A stretch of DNA of 63,984 bases, the filler included, from Octopus bimaculoides (taxonomy: Eukaryota), in NCBI RefSeq assembly GCF_001194135.2. It is 5 parts of 5 records of this genome, joined end to end, with 100 filler letters (N's around TTAATTAATTAA, not from the genome) between each part and the next. Parts side by side here need not be neighbours in the genome. Positions count along the whole stretch, not along the records: positions 29,106 to 57,802 come from NC_068999.1; 4 more parts are not named here. The stretch is one strand, 5' to 3'. The position numbers were made by a program, and so were the translations under genes. The stretch's first letter is position 1. Every line of letters begins with the position of its first letter. Below are positions 40,480-53,596 of the stretch, one piece after another. Below the pieces are notes generated by a model that saw only the letters and a program-made list of their open reading frames with translations, did no database searches and had not been told where the DNA came from.

Positions 40480-43400
40480 AAGTGACAATGAAGGAGTAAG
40501 AGATGAAGAAAATGAAAAAGGAGGAAATCACTATATGCTTGAGAATGCTGATGAAGTAAATGGTGAAGATGACCTAGCTGGACAAGTGACAGTAAATGTT
40601 GTAGGAGATTCTAGAAATGCTGCAAGGTAAAATATGTGGTAGAAACAATGAAGTGCCACCAAATGTAAGGTATATGGGAAAATAAGGAGAGCTACAGTCA
40701 AAGTAAATGGTGTTTTGAGCTTGGTTAAAACAGAGAACAGTAAAGCAAATTAGCTAATCAGAACTGCTGCTAATATAGCTGACATAATAGGATAGAAGAT
40801 TGTTGAAGAAAAAAAGGGAAAGGAAAAGAAAGAACCAAACTGGAGGAAGAGAAAACAAATGAAGTTTGGAAAAGACAAGGAAAGAACTGAAGCAATTAAA
40901 TAGGATAATGAAAGAACTCAAAATGAGATAGCAATCAGAAAATTAAATGGACAATACAGGTTAGAAAAAAGAGGAAAACAAACTGTACATGAAGAATTGC
41001 CACAAAGGGTGATAGCATTAAAGGCTAAATTGAAAAGACACAATGCTAGATGCAAAGGTTTTGAACAGAATAGATTGTTTCACTCAAATGGAATGTGTCG
41101 TTTTGAGGAAATAGAGGAGGAACAACATCAGAAAGGGATTCCTGATACAGGAGAAATTAAAGCATTTAGGGGAGAACTTTGGAACAGACCAGTGAGACAT
41201 AAAGAAAGTGCAGAGTGACTAACACAGGTGGAGGGATAATTTGCAACTGTACCAAGACAAAAGGATGTCAGAATTGATCTGTATTCAGTGAGACTGACAT
41301 TTTTTAAAATAGCAAATTGGAAAGGAATTGGCCTGGATGGAGTACAAGATTACTGGTTGAAGAATTGTGCACAGTTGTATGATAGGATTGCTGCATATCT
41401 GGATGAATGCCTGCAACAAAGTCATGTCCCTACTTGGATGACATGTGGGCAAATGTTGTTATGACTCAAGGATTCCTTGAAAGGTAAATTTTCGACCTAT
41501 AACCTGTTTACCACAAATATGAAAGCTTATGACCAGTGTCTTTGCAGAAAAGTTATATAATCGTCTGGAAAGTAACAATCTACTTCCAGTAGAACAGAAA
41601 GGGTGGAAGAAGCAAAGTATGGCAGCAAAAACCACTTATTAGTTGATAAAATAATAATTTGAAATTGTAGACGTAGATTGATGGGATTGAATGTAGCATG
41701 GTTGGTTTAATGAAAAGCATATGGCATGATAATGCACAGTTGGATAAGTAAAACAATGAGCCTTTTTAGATTGATAGAAAATATGGAGAAAATGGTAAAT
41801 GAAAGTATGAAAAATTGGAATACTGAATTGATTGGAGGAATGCAAAGACTTAAGAAAGTGAACATCAGACATGGTATATTTCAAGGTGATAATTTTTCTC
41901 CATTACTATTTGTATTGGCCACGATACTGCTCAGTTTGTTATTATGAGAAGTTGAAATAGCTAATGATTTGGGAAAAGAATAAGATTGGATAAATCGTCT
42001 CCATTTTATGGATGATATAAAGATTTATGCATAAAATGAGAAGCAGCTTGAAAGTCTTGTACATACTGTATGCATTTTTTCAAATGATGTAAGTATGGAA
42101 TTTAGGATTGAAAAGTGCGCTATATTGATAATAAAATGAAAATTTGTAGGAAGCCAGGGAATTGAAATGCCAGATGGGCAAACAATGAAAGCAGTTGAGA
42201 AAGGACAAAGGTATATGAATTTGAGAATACTGGAGGCAGGTGAAATAAAACTTTAAGAAATGAAACAAATTACACATAGGGAGTGTACAAGGAGAGTGAG
42301 AAAAAATATTACGGTCAAAGTTGAATTCAAAAAATGTTATTGAAGCAATAAATGCAAGAGTAATACTGGTAATAAGATTGGGAAAAAAATGACATACAAA
42401 AACTTGACAGAACTAGAAAGTTATTGACAAGGTATGGAGCTCACCATCCAAAAGCTGATATTAGTTGGTTGTACTTGAAGAGAGTCCAGCTTAAAAGAGG
42501 CTTAATTGCTGTAGAAGAGTGTGTGCAGGTGGAAAGAAAAGGCCTACTAGCATATTTACAGCACATCACAGAGAAGTTACTAAAGGCAGTTAATAAAGAA
42601 CAAGTGATCAAGTGTGGAATAGGAGAAAAGGATAAGAATGAAATTCAAAAAGAGTATGTTAAACAGATTGAAGAGAAACCTGTAGATGGTCCGTTTTGGA
42701 AAGCCACTGAGGATGTGTGTGGAACAAAAATCTGGGCTTGATTTAAAAAAAGGGCAATTAAAAAAAGAAACTGAGATCCTTATTATAGCAGCTCAAGATC
42801 AAGCATTGAAAGCAAAAAACTTGCGAAAATATGTGTATGGAGAGGAAGATGTTAGCAGAATGTAGTGTATGGAATTTGAGATGAAACAATGGCACACATT
42901 GTTACAGAATGTCCCAAGTTGGCTCAGGGAGAATGGAAGCCTAACCAAGTTGAGAAAGTTTTGATCTGAAAACTTTGTCAAATGGAGATTCGAAGCTGAA
43001 AGTACTTTGTATGATCATAAGGTCAAAAGAGTGCTCGAGTTGGAAAAATGCAAGATTTTATGGGATTTTTTTCCATTCGAATGGATAAGAAGCTAGAAAA
43101 TTACAAACCAGATATAACAACAATAGGCAAGAAAAAGCAAATTACTTACTAATCGATCCATCATGGCCTTTTGAGTCCAAAATTATAGAAAAAGAAGATG
43201 AATAATTAAAAAATATAATCCCTTAAAATTTGAAATTGTGAGAATTTGAAATATGAAAACTGTAAAAGTTGTGCCTATAATAATTGGTGCATTAGGAATA
43301 ATGATACAGACAAATGGTTGAAGGTGGTTAAAATAGAATGTCCTGTAGAGCTTCTACAGAATGTTTGCCTCTTAGGGACAGGAAAGATTATGAGAAGGTT

Positions 43401-43540
43401 TTTGAACACTTGAAAGATTAATGAAAGCTTGCGGATATCTGAGGTTACATGTAGTAACCTGCTACCCACATAAATTCTATGAGGAATAAGTAGAAATGCG
43501 AGTGAAATCAAGTAATAATAATTATAGTAAACTGTTCAGA
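40480..43540 (+). mobile_element. Long degenerate R4/Dong retrotransposon (RT plus restriction-like endonuclease)
   Basis: GPDG.Q.YWLK, QGDNFSPLLF, FMDDIKIY, HHPKADI..LY, AAQDQAL, ET.AHIVTECPKLAQ, PDI, IIGALG, LLGT motifs in order; many stops and frameshifts; taa-rich tail. Confidence 0.9.
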
Positions 43541-44619
43541 ACATAATAATCATTAATTCAATTTTATTGCCACAAGAACAAAGAGATAAGGAAACATTCC
43601 AGTCATATATTACAAAAGTGATAGTGAGTTTTAACAATGAATATGTAAAACTTCAATAGAAGCAAATCCAAAGTACTTAAGAGAAATAACATTACAAATT
43701 CCTAAAAGACAGAAACCAAATTTGCTGATTCTTCACCATGATAAAAGTTCAGAGATAATATTTTGAAATGAGGATTAAGTGTTTTATTCTCTGTGTTTGT
43801 TCCAATTTGATGTTTATGTTTGTTTATTTTTTATTTATGATGTGCATTAGCTCATGAGTTTCTGTCCATCAAACTGTGATGATTGAGTACAATCCTTAAC
43901 TGAAATGAATGTTTGGAAATAAGAAACAAAATATGGAACTGAGAACAAGAGATGTCCTCACTAAAACTACTTTCTGCCATTTCTAGAGAAAGCATTTTAA
44001 TGAAAGATCTTTCACATGACCAATCCTTACTAAATCAGTGTTTCTTTAAGAATCTTTTGGCTTTTATTTATCTATTTGTTTGTCTATTTTATTAAAACAT
44101 TCTATTTCAATCTTTGTAATTCTAAAGTCAATACATTTAGTCTGTTTAAAGTGGCAAGCCTGGCAGAATTGTTAGCATGCCGGGCAAAATACCTAGTGGC
44201 ATTTTGTCCATCTTTACATTTTAAGTTCAAATTCTGCCAAGGTTCACTTTCAGGGTCAATAAAATAAGTACTAGTTGAGCATTGGGATCGACCTAATTGA
44301 CCTATCCCTCCCCCGAAATTTCTGGCCTTGTGCCAAAACTTAAAACCAATATATTTAGTCTGTCTAGATACAAAGACAACCAATTGTTAAAACACCAACA
44401 ATGACAACATCAACCATGAGCTAACAAGAGAGCCTCTATGTTTGACTGCCTAGAAATAGCAACTAAATCTACCAAATCACAGGAAGGATGCACTGGCTAA
44501 TGTTGCTTTAAATATTCTCTGTAAGATGAGATGGTCATAGCTAGAACATTGTCAAACCTGGGGCTAAACTACAACAATAACTACAAATAACATGGTTCTC
44601 GTTATTGTTACTGAGGTCT

Positions 44620-45195
44620 ATAACATGTAGGGTTCACCTGGTGCATCAGCCTTGGTCCCACAGATCCAAAGAAAAGCCTGTGAATATCTCCTACAACTTC
44701 TCGATCACCTTCCATTGCAAAGTTTTACAAAGGCTAGCAAACATACCTATTTTCCATCATCCGTACACACTCACACAGCATCATTCACACACCCACACAC
44801 AATCTTCAACAGCATCACCACACATACCACTATATGAGCAGCCACACGTTACAGACGCACACACTTACACATCCACACATGTCAAAGTCACTAACCTTTG
44901 TCCACACACACACACACTTACACATTCTTAGATACACACGCATGTGCACCTTCATTTTAGGATCACCAATACTTTATCTCCCCTTCTTTCAAACTTTCCT
45001 AATCATTCACCATGCTTGACTGCTAAATCTACAAGTTTTTTGTTATTCTCTCTCTGTTTATTTCCTATTATTCTTTTCTGTTGAAGAGCATAGGCTCAAA
45101 ATGTAAAAGACTTTTTCACTTTCCCAAGTGTCTAACTAATGCACCTGTTTAATGTTCATATACCTGTCTTCGTCTTTTGTTTTTCTATAAATTTC

Positions 45196-45235
<40 letters not shown>
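44620..45235 (+). mobile_element. Penelope-like 3' end
   Basis: Pyrimidine/AC-rich 3' region, hammerhead-like motif at 45072, (AT)n tail. Confidence 0.55.
45072..45110 (+). ncRNA. Degenerate minimal hammerhead-like motif at a Penelope-type 3' end
   Basis: tctttt-CTGTTGA-a-gagc-atag-gctc-aAAA-t-GTA-aaaga: stem I and the gagc/gctc stem II are intact; GAAAC has decayed to AAAAT (CpG-type changes). Confidence 0.55.
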
Positions 45236-45236
<1 letters not shown>

Positions 45237-46164
45237 TCAAAAGGGATAGCAGTGCTCACAACACTTTACAAAACCTTCAAGAATGGTGGGAGGAGGCATA
45301 AAGAGATTAGACAAAATACTGCTAAGCATTTGGCAGAGGCCCAGCATGCTAATGATTCTGCCAGCTTACTACCTTAATAATGATGATGATGATGCCTTCA
45401 AATTTTGGAACAGGACCAACAGTTTTTTAGGGAAGTGGTTAAGTTGATTACATCAGCCTTACTTCTTAATTATATCTATTTTATCAACCCAAAAGGATGA
45501 AAGGTAAAGTCAACCTCAGCAGAATTTGAACTCAGAAGATAAAGACAGACAAAATGCAGTTAAGCATTTCACCCAGAGTGCTAATGATTTTGTCACACAG
45601 GCAGGCATGCCCCATTGTCATTCCCTGTCAAGATGAGTGGAATAAAATAGGTAAGAGTTAGCAACAGAAAGGGCATTGACTGTCAAGACAATACCTCAGT
45701 ACGTTTCCATGTAACCCATGTTTGCATGGAAATATGGTCATAAAATGACTGAACAAATGAAACCAGTTTCAAACCCTGGTACAAGGCCAACAATTTCGGG
45801 GAAACAGGTAAGTCAATTACATCGACCCCAGTGTGCAACTGGTGCTTATTTTATCAGCTCCAAAAGCAGGGCCAGCTCAAGGTACTGGCAACTCAGGCAG
45901 TCGCCCGGGGCGCCATATGCTTTTTAGTTTACATTTTCAGTTTTTCTCCGCATGAAAGTTTTTAAAAATTGTACTCGTAAGAGCACCAAAGTTCAATTTG
46001 CCCGGAGCACCAGCGACCCTAGGGCTGGCCCTGCCTGACAGGATGAAAAGCAATAAACATCCTGGCAGAATTTGAACTCATAAAGTAAAGACAAACAAAA
46101 TGCTGTTAAGCATTTTGCCCAGTGTGCTAATGATTCTGCCAGCTCACCCACCTTAGTCTGAAGA

Positions 46165-46370
46165 ATTGAAATTAACCTAATCTTATCTAAACTAACCAAA
46201 GTTGTTTTAGTACTTACTATTCCACTGCACCTAATGCATATGAAATGCAACTTTCCTGTTAGCCTGCCTTCAATCCCAATACACCTTTTGTGTTTCCATT
46301 GATTACACTGGGCACACTTTAAGGAATTTCTACCAAACACATTTTTGCAAATGGCCATTTCCTGTTCCCC
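46165..46370 (-). mobile_element. RTE fragment (PHD-like insert)
   Basis: ICKNVFGRNSLKCAQCNQWKHKRCIGIEGRLTGKLHFICIRCSG. Confidence 0.8.
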
Positions 46371-46439
46371 TTTTCCCTTATTAAAACTTTAGTTTCTGCT
46401 AAGTTAATTTTAAGGTCTTTCATTCATCTTTTTTTTTTA

Positions 46440-47050
<611 letters not shown>

Positions 47051-48249
47051 TGCCTATTTATCAGATTTTGCTTCCATAAATGGAATTTCAGCTTCCATTC
47101 TTTTTCTAGTTCTGCTATGGTGGGTTAGTTTGGATTAGATTAGTTTAGTTATAAAAATATATAGAATATATCCAAGTAATTACTTTCAGTAGACTTTGGT
47201 TTACCAAATTAAAAAATTTTTTGCTTTATTTTTGCTAAAGGATTTTTTTTTCACTTAATTAAAAACAAAACCACCATACAGACGAATATGAAAGTTTCAA
47301 TTTTTAAACTAATATTTTTTATATGTTAACATAATTGAAATTCTTACAGCTTAATGAAAATCTATCACACAGCTTTGAAGTATTTGCTAAACTACATATG
47401 TTGCAAAATATAATTTCACTATATCTGAACATATGTTCTTTCTAAAGTAACGGGAATATTCAGCTTTCATCCAATGTCGTGATTTGTGAGAATATTAACA
47501 TAATCAACAAAATCTGACCAGTCACTGACTTCACTTGGAACTGGCTCCAGGGACAATCCTATCTTTTCACACTTTTATCACTGAGCCTAAACATCAGTAT
47601 AAATTTGGCACACCTTGGCTATTTAACCAGAGAGCTTCAAGAGAGCATTGGAATGCAGCAGAGAGAGCAATGAGAAACAGTAGAAACGAGTCAATATGAC
47701 AGATGGATACCAAAGAGACATGGACAGCTGTTGACTCAAGCTGACAACAATCACAATGAATGACCAGCAGCTAACCTCTTGGCTACTATTTCAATTACAC
47801 CAAGAATAATAACATTCAAACTCTCTCAACATTTTACCATTTGTAATAACAACAGTATTTGTTTTGTTTTTTTGTGTATGGAAAAAATAAAACCTTGTTT
47901 ATCAAAGAAGCCAAAGAGATCTGTCTTTTTCTTTGTACACATAGTTCTTCCTTTCTCTGTTGTTCACTTTAATAGTTCTTTCTGTTTATGTATAATTAGT
48001 CTATACTCCTTTATCTTACCTCTTTAACTCTTCCTGATACACACACACACACACAGATAATTAAATAGATAAAAAAAAATTAGGGAAATGGGAAATGGAA
48101 TTCATGAGAATCATTATTCACTGCAACAATCATTTTGACCCATCTTGCATTGGTTCCTTATGGGTAGGATACAATACAACTAGTTATGTTACTTCCTTCA
48201 GTGCAAATGAGTCTCCTCGGATGTCTTTTTAAAAAGATACCTCACTCAC

Positions 48250-48309
48250 TATACTCAGCTTCACTCGGTTTGATTCTACAGCATGTTGATATTGCCAATC
48301 AGTTGTCGG
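48250..48309 (-). CDS. Candidate exon of the minus-strand gene
   Basis: Acceptor ccattccctgtcattgtag, donor ATA|gtgagt, 60 nt, phase 0-0, PTTDWQYQHAVESNRVKLSI. Phase-compatible with the 48492-48607 exon; CpGs retained inside a CpG-poor region. Confidence 0.4.
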
Positions 48310-48491
48310 CTACAATGACAGGGAATGGATGCAGTTTCATAGTTAAAAACAGTCAGTGGGCAATGAATAAATGACAAAGTAAATAATATAGGATAAAAAA
48401 TAAAATATACAATGAAGATAAGTATACACTTGTAGACCTAAGCACATATATAGACACACAAACATGCATCTCCGTAGTCTCATGGACATAC

Positions 48492-48607
48492 GTTAAGGAG
48501 ATGTCCGTGAATATGGTCATAACAACTATGATTAGAGACAAACAGACAAAGGGTACCTGCTGCCCTGCTGTGCACCCAGTCTGCCACACATGACTGAGCT
48601 GGGGTGT
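48492..48607 (-). CDS. Candidate exon, C-type-lectin-like N-terminus
   Basis: Open frame (D)TPAQSCVADWVHSRAAGTLCLFVSNHSCYDHIHGHLLN ending at a good donor AAC|gtatgt. C-x3-W...C...C...GHL spacing is CTLD-like. The acceptor is weak and ambiguous. Confidence 0.35.
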
Positions 48608-48859
48608 CTAGCAGTGGTTTGATGTATTTATATAAACTGCTCTGTCACCATATACATATTCACATATATTTTCATGCATATGTTTATACATATCAGCACA
48701 TGCTTATATATACACACACATATTTCAGACACATACTCATATATTTATATGTGTATACAAGTACACACACACACACACACATACTAATATTTATATAATA
48801 CTTATATACATACACACACACACAGTGTATTCAGAATGATAGAGTTACAAACACTATCA

Positions 48860-49330
48860 TATGGAAGATAAAAAAGTGGATGTAAGTGCTGTTATGAGAG
48901 GCTGGTGAACATGAAGAATGCATGGGAAAAAGAGGGACCATCGATTCAACATTCTGGATAATGGGATTTAAGGACATGAAGAAAAAGAAGTGGTGATTCC
49001 ATCTGGCAAAGTTGCGAAGATGCTCAAGATATTTGATGACAAAGGATAGATGAACAGCACCTAGATAGTTAATCAAATATTACAAGATGCCATACCCAAT
49101 GACCAGTGTAGCAGTATCATTGCAAACTACAACAAAGTCAAAGAGATGCTTTAGAGAGAATAAATTATTGAGGAGTCAAACAACTGAACAGGTTATGAAG
49201 GTCACAGAGAAAATCATAGCAAAACTGGTCTGTAACAGAGTAAGACATTAAAGGCAATGCAGTTTGGTTCTGAGCCTGGAAGAGGCATCTCTGATGCAAT
49301 CTTCCTAGTGAGGCAACTGCAGGAGATATA
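48860..49330 (+). mobile_element. RTE RT N-terminal fragment
   Basis: QVMKVTEKII...MQFGSEPGRGISDAIFLVRQLQE. Confidence 0.75.
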
Positions 49331-49363
49331 TGTTTCAAAGATATATGACATATGTTTCAAAGA

Positions 49364-50432
49364 CAACATTGGTTTTATTCCAAATGAATAAACGGTGTAA
49401 AATAACGTAATCTTCCCATCAGGAAAGAAAGAGAACCAATCTCAACAACAAGACATAATAACAATTTTGATGACTGCATAAATGATAAACAGAATGCTAT
49501 TAAGTATTTTAAAATAACCATTAGTAGATCTGACGTCAAAGGTTGACCATAGGAAGAGAAGGGATAAATAAATAATAAGTAGAGAACAAATCCAACATTA
49601 ATTTAGTTAATACCAGCCTTTCTCATAATAATAATAATAATAACAACATAGTTTTGGTCTCTGAGGACAACCCCAACAGAATTAAATTTATGTCTAATAA
49701 TTCTAAGATTAAGAATTTTATATACCAATGTAAAATTACTTCCGGTACCGATGACTATTTCTATAGTGGGGCTTCCTCTTCCCAGTTATCTAAGAGAATT
49801 TCCAATCATTATCGTCATTTAGGGATAGTAGTAAACGCAATTGCACAGGGCTTAATAAATTGGTTTGGTATCTTAAAGACAACAATAAGGATTTTAATTT
49901 AGATTGGTTCATCCTGTCCATCTCTTTCCCTTGTGATAAGGGCAAAGGATTCTGTAACATTTGTAATTCTGAACTCTTCCATATTCTCTTCTCTTCTCTA
50001 AGAATCACCTTGTTAACACGCTTATAAAGTGATCTTACAAATGTAAGCATTGGCGGAAACACACCTTTAGCTCATATAAGTGATTTATACCAGTCTGTAT
50101 AGTGTGAACATTTAGTTCACCTTGCACTCTACTTCAATAGAGAAATCTACTTCCAAGCCTTTGAACATTTTTTTAACCAACATATCCCTTTATATTTCTC
50201 CTTTATTTCTTCTCTACTTATTATTTCTTTATCCCTTCTCTTCCTATGGTCAACCTTTGACATCAGATCTACTAACGGTTATTTTAAAATACTTAATAGC
50301 GTTCTGTTTATCATTTATGCAGTCATCAAAATTGTTATTATGTCTTCTTGTTGAGATTGGTTCTCTTTCTTTCTTGATGCTGAGATAACATTATTTTAGA
50401 CCGTTTATTCCTTTGGAATAAAATCAATGTTG
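49364..50432 (+). mobile_element. 5'-truncated Penelope-like element (GIY-YIG) with a 223-bp inverted terminal duplication
   Basis: IYQCKIT...YSGASS...RISNH...LVWYLKDNNKDFNLDWFIL...CNICNSE. 49364-49586 is the reverse complement of 50210-50432. Confidence 0.85.
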
Positions 50433-50508
50433 TATTATATATATATATATATGTGTGTGTATATATATGTATGAATATATATGTATATATATATGTATGT
50501 GTATATAA

Positions 50509-50540
<32 letters not shown>

Positions 50541-50875
50541 NNNNNNNNNNNNNNNNNNNNNNNNNNNNNNNNNNNNNNNNNNNNNNNNNNNNNNNNNNNN
50601 NNNNNNNNNNNNNNNNNNNNNNNNNNNNNNNNNNNNNNNNNNNNNNNNNNNNNNNNNNNNNNNNNNNNNNNNNNNNNNNNNNNNNNNNNNNNNNNNNNNN
50701 NNNNNNNNNNNNNNNNNNNNNNNNNNNNNNNNNNNNNNNNNNNNNNNNNNNNNNNNNNNNNNNNNNNNNNNNNNNNNNNNNNNNNNNNNNNNNNNNNNNN
50801 NNNNNNNNNNNNNNNNNNNNNNNNNNNNNNNNNNNNNNNNNNNNNNNNNNNNNNNNNNNNNNNNNNNNNNNNNNN

Positions 50876-51290
50876 NGTTGGGGTGAGGGGGGAGTTGGAG
50901 TAGTGGCATCGAGTGTAATGGAATGGAGGAGTGAGTGGAGTTTACGTTGTTTGGTGTGAGCAAGAAATTGATGAAAGAGATGATTTAAATGAATTATGCA
51001 ATGTAACATAGTGTTAGCATAGGAGGGCGACTGAGAAGAGAAGAAGATGGAAAAAGCAAGAGAGAGAAGACAGTCGATGGTGTGTATTTTGGAGAGATTA
51101 GAACGAATGGTGGCACGCATAAGGTGGTAGGATGTAGTACGGAGTATGGGTAGGATGGTTGTAGCAGAGTGGAGAGTGCAGTGGAAATGGAGGTGGAAAC
51201 CTTTAGGGATGAGGTGGTGATGAAGGCAGCAACTGAGAAAGGAAACATGGCTAGAGAAGCGTGGTTTTTTTTTTTAGATTTGTAGGGATA
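50876..51290 (-). mobile_element. Penelope-like ORF N-terminal remnant
   Basis: FLSCCLHHHLIPKGFHLHF...RTTSYHLMRATIRSNL. Confidence 0.55.
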
Positions 51291-51299
51291 GGTTAATAG

Positions 51300-51650
51300 A
51301 AGGTTGAAAGCAGCGGAAAGGAAGTGTGGAAAGGTTGGTTTTTTAGGTGGTGGTGAAAGTGGATGATTGAAAAAACGAGAAGAAAAGAGAAAGAAAGGAG
51401 AAAAAAGAAAGAAAGGGGGAGAGAGAAATGCAAATAAAGACGTGAGGAGGAAAAATTCAAAAGGTGTGGGGAGGAAAGATGCAAAAGGCATGAGGAGAAA
51501 AAATACAAGAGGTGGGAGGAGAAGAAAAAATAAAAACAAGGAGAGAAAGAAGGAGGAAGAAGGAAGAAAGAAAGAGAAAGGGGAAGAAAGGGAGAAGAGA
51601 AGACAAAAGGGAAAAAGAAAGAGAGGGAGAGAGAGGCAAGGTAACAAAGA
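51300..51650. repeat. Purine-rich low-complexity tract
   Basis: Almost pure G/A; gives spurious K/E/R- and F/L/S-rich ORFs. Confidence 0.9.
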
Positions 51651-51655
51651 ATGGT

Positions 51656-52088
51656 GGACCGGTTCACCATTACCATCTCTCAAGTTTGCCGGATCTTTTC
51701 ATCAGTGGTGGAGGTTGACGGGCATCCTATTCCCTCTTCGTGCATCATGCTTGTCTGGCCACTTTTAAACTTCTTAATCCACTCATGCACACTTCTACAT
51801 GGTAGTGCACTGTCCCCATATATTGTGCTAAAAGCTTCTGATGAATTTCAGCACCTGATACATCTGTGAACCAAAGAAATCAGATCACTGCTCTTTGTTC
51901 TTCTTCAGTGAACATTGCTACTGGAGTGGCCATACTTACACTGTAAAACCAGAAAGAAAAATGGCACAATCAGGTTCAAACTTCAATCATATGACCACAA
52001 TAATACCAACTATAAGCACGCATGCACAGAAGGCAGTGTGACAATAATAAAGATGTTATGATGAAAGAATTTTTTACTTCCCCTCGTA
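51656..52088 (-). mobile_element. mariner 5' fragment (HTH region) with TIR
   Basis: EEQRAVI*FLW...AEIHQKLLAQYGDSALP...EWIKKFKSG; TA plus cgagggg TIR at 52086-52088. Confidence 0.9.
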
Positions 52089-52773
52089 CATATGTGTGTG
52101 CGTGTGTGTGTATGTATGTATATATACACACATATGCACATATTTTCACATACATATTGCAAATATATTCATATGCATTATATATGTATGTATGTATATA
52201 TACACACATATGCACATATTTTCACATACATATTGCAANNNNNNNNNNATATATATATATATATATACCCATGCATAATACACACACACATACATATACA
52301 CATGCATACACATAATGTTTGATTGCCTGGTGTATTAGGGAGTTGAACTAGTTTAAACTGATGTAGTATCAGCCTTGCAATTACTACGAGCATCAAGTCT
52401 GAGGAAATGACAAAGCAACAAAGAATAGTGATGTGTTCTCAAATTAATAAATGTTTACAAAGAGACTCTGTCAAGAGAATCTAAATATTTTTGTTGAAGA
52501 ATACTCCAGGATTATTGATGGTTTGATGAAATGAAAAAAAATAACAGGCAAGAAAATTGGCAAGTTTCAACTGCAAGATATGTAATCAACTGAATAATTT
52601 AAGGAGAGCTTTTCCAGGTTGTTGGATGCAAAATAATATACCTAATGACACTTGACAAATTATGGTCTAAAGCTAAACCTGAATGTCTCCTTAATTAATA
52701 TATTATACCAGATTCTGATATGGCAAATATTTTTAAAATAACACAAAACACACGCATATATATATTTAACAGA

Positions 52774-52787
52774 GTTTCTATGGCAAC
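52774..52787. promoter_or_regulatory. RFX X-box consensus match
   Basis: GTTTCTATGGCAAC fits GTHNYYATRRNAAC exactly. Confidence 0.3.
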
Positions 52788-53596
52788 GCTTCACTGAATC
52801 TTGAGTAGGTTGTTCTTTCTAAATTTAACATGTTTACAAATAGTTTACAGAAGATCTCATGATAGCAGTGAAGAAAGGTAAAATAAGATTTGTTGTGGAG
52901 TGGCTATCCAGAATAGATATAGGTTTTGCATTTAACAACAGCTGTACGAGGGTCAGGAATAAAGCATATAGCTGCCAGGCAGTCTTTTATTCAGACATAG
53001 TGTATCTGGGAATGTGAAGGTGTATGATTACGGTGTTGGGCTAATAATCATAAGGTCTTGAGTTTGATCCATGGGCAAGGACAGGGCAACATGTTCTTCA
53101 GTAAAGTATTTCATTTCAAGTTACTCTAGTCAAATGAAATGAGTACTAGCCTGGTACTGGTGCTGCTGTCTCTCACTCCAGCTACCACAACTTGAATGCC
53201 CTGTTTGGTCAAGAGAGGGAGAGTTGAAATGCTGTCTAAGTCTGCTTTATAACTTCACGGGTATCTAAAATAATTAGCAAAAGAATGGTACTTCCTACTA
53301 AATAATAGTTGATTGCAAGTGATGGCTAACATGGCTCTGGTATCTGAGAATATATCAACCAATGTAATAAAAAATATTGGTTTCATTTTTTATGACTGTA
53401 AGATGTAGGTTCTCAAACAGTTTTTTCCTTATGGCACACTTTAGAATAAATAGAAAAATATTTTGGTGTACTTTGAACACAAAAGCAAAAACTACACTAA
53501 AAGATAGTTTTATATTTAACCTAATATAATTTTTTAAAAAAACATGAAAATACTATATATTTACTAATTTGTTCATTAAATGAGACATAGTTCTTA

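Noticed and set aside
43872-43935. Possible C/D box snoRNA (gtgatga...ctga...ctga)
   Set aside because: No convincing terminal stem, and only about 9-nt complementarity to a recalled 28S segment; the motifs are short enough to be chance.
47342-47380. Minus-strand candidate exon NTSKLCDRFSLS
   Set aside because: Single open frame and plausible splice sites, but no homology, and it does not join the other candidates in phase (direct splicing to the 38.9-kb candidate creates TGA).
50994-51768. 229-aa hydrophobic and 133-aa K/E/R-rich ORFs
   Set aside because: Translations of a purine-rich low-complexity tract between TE fragments.
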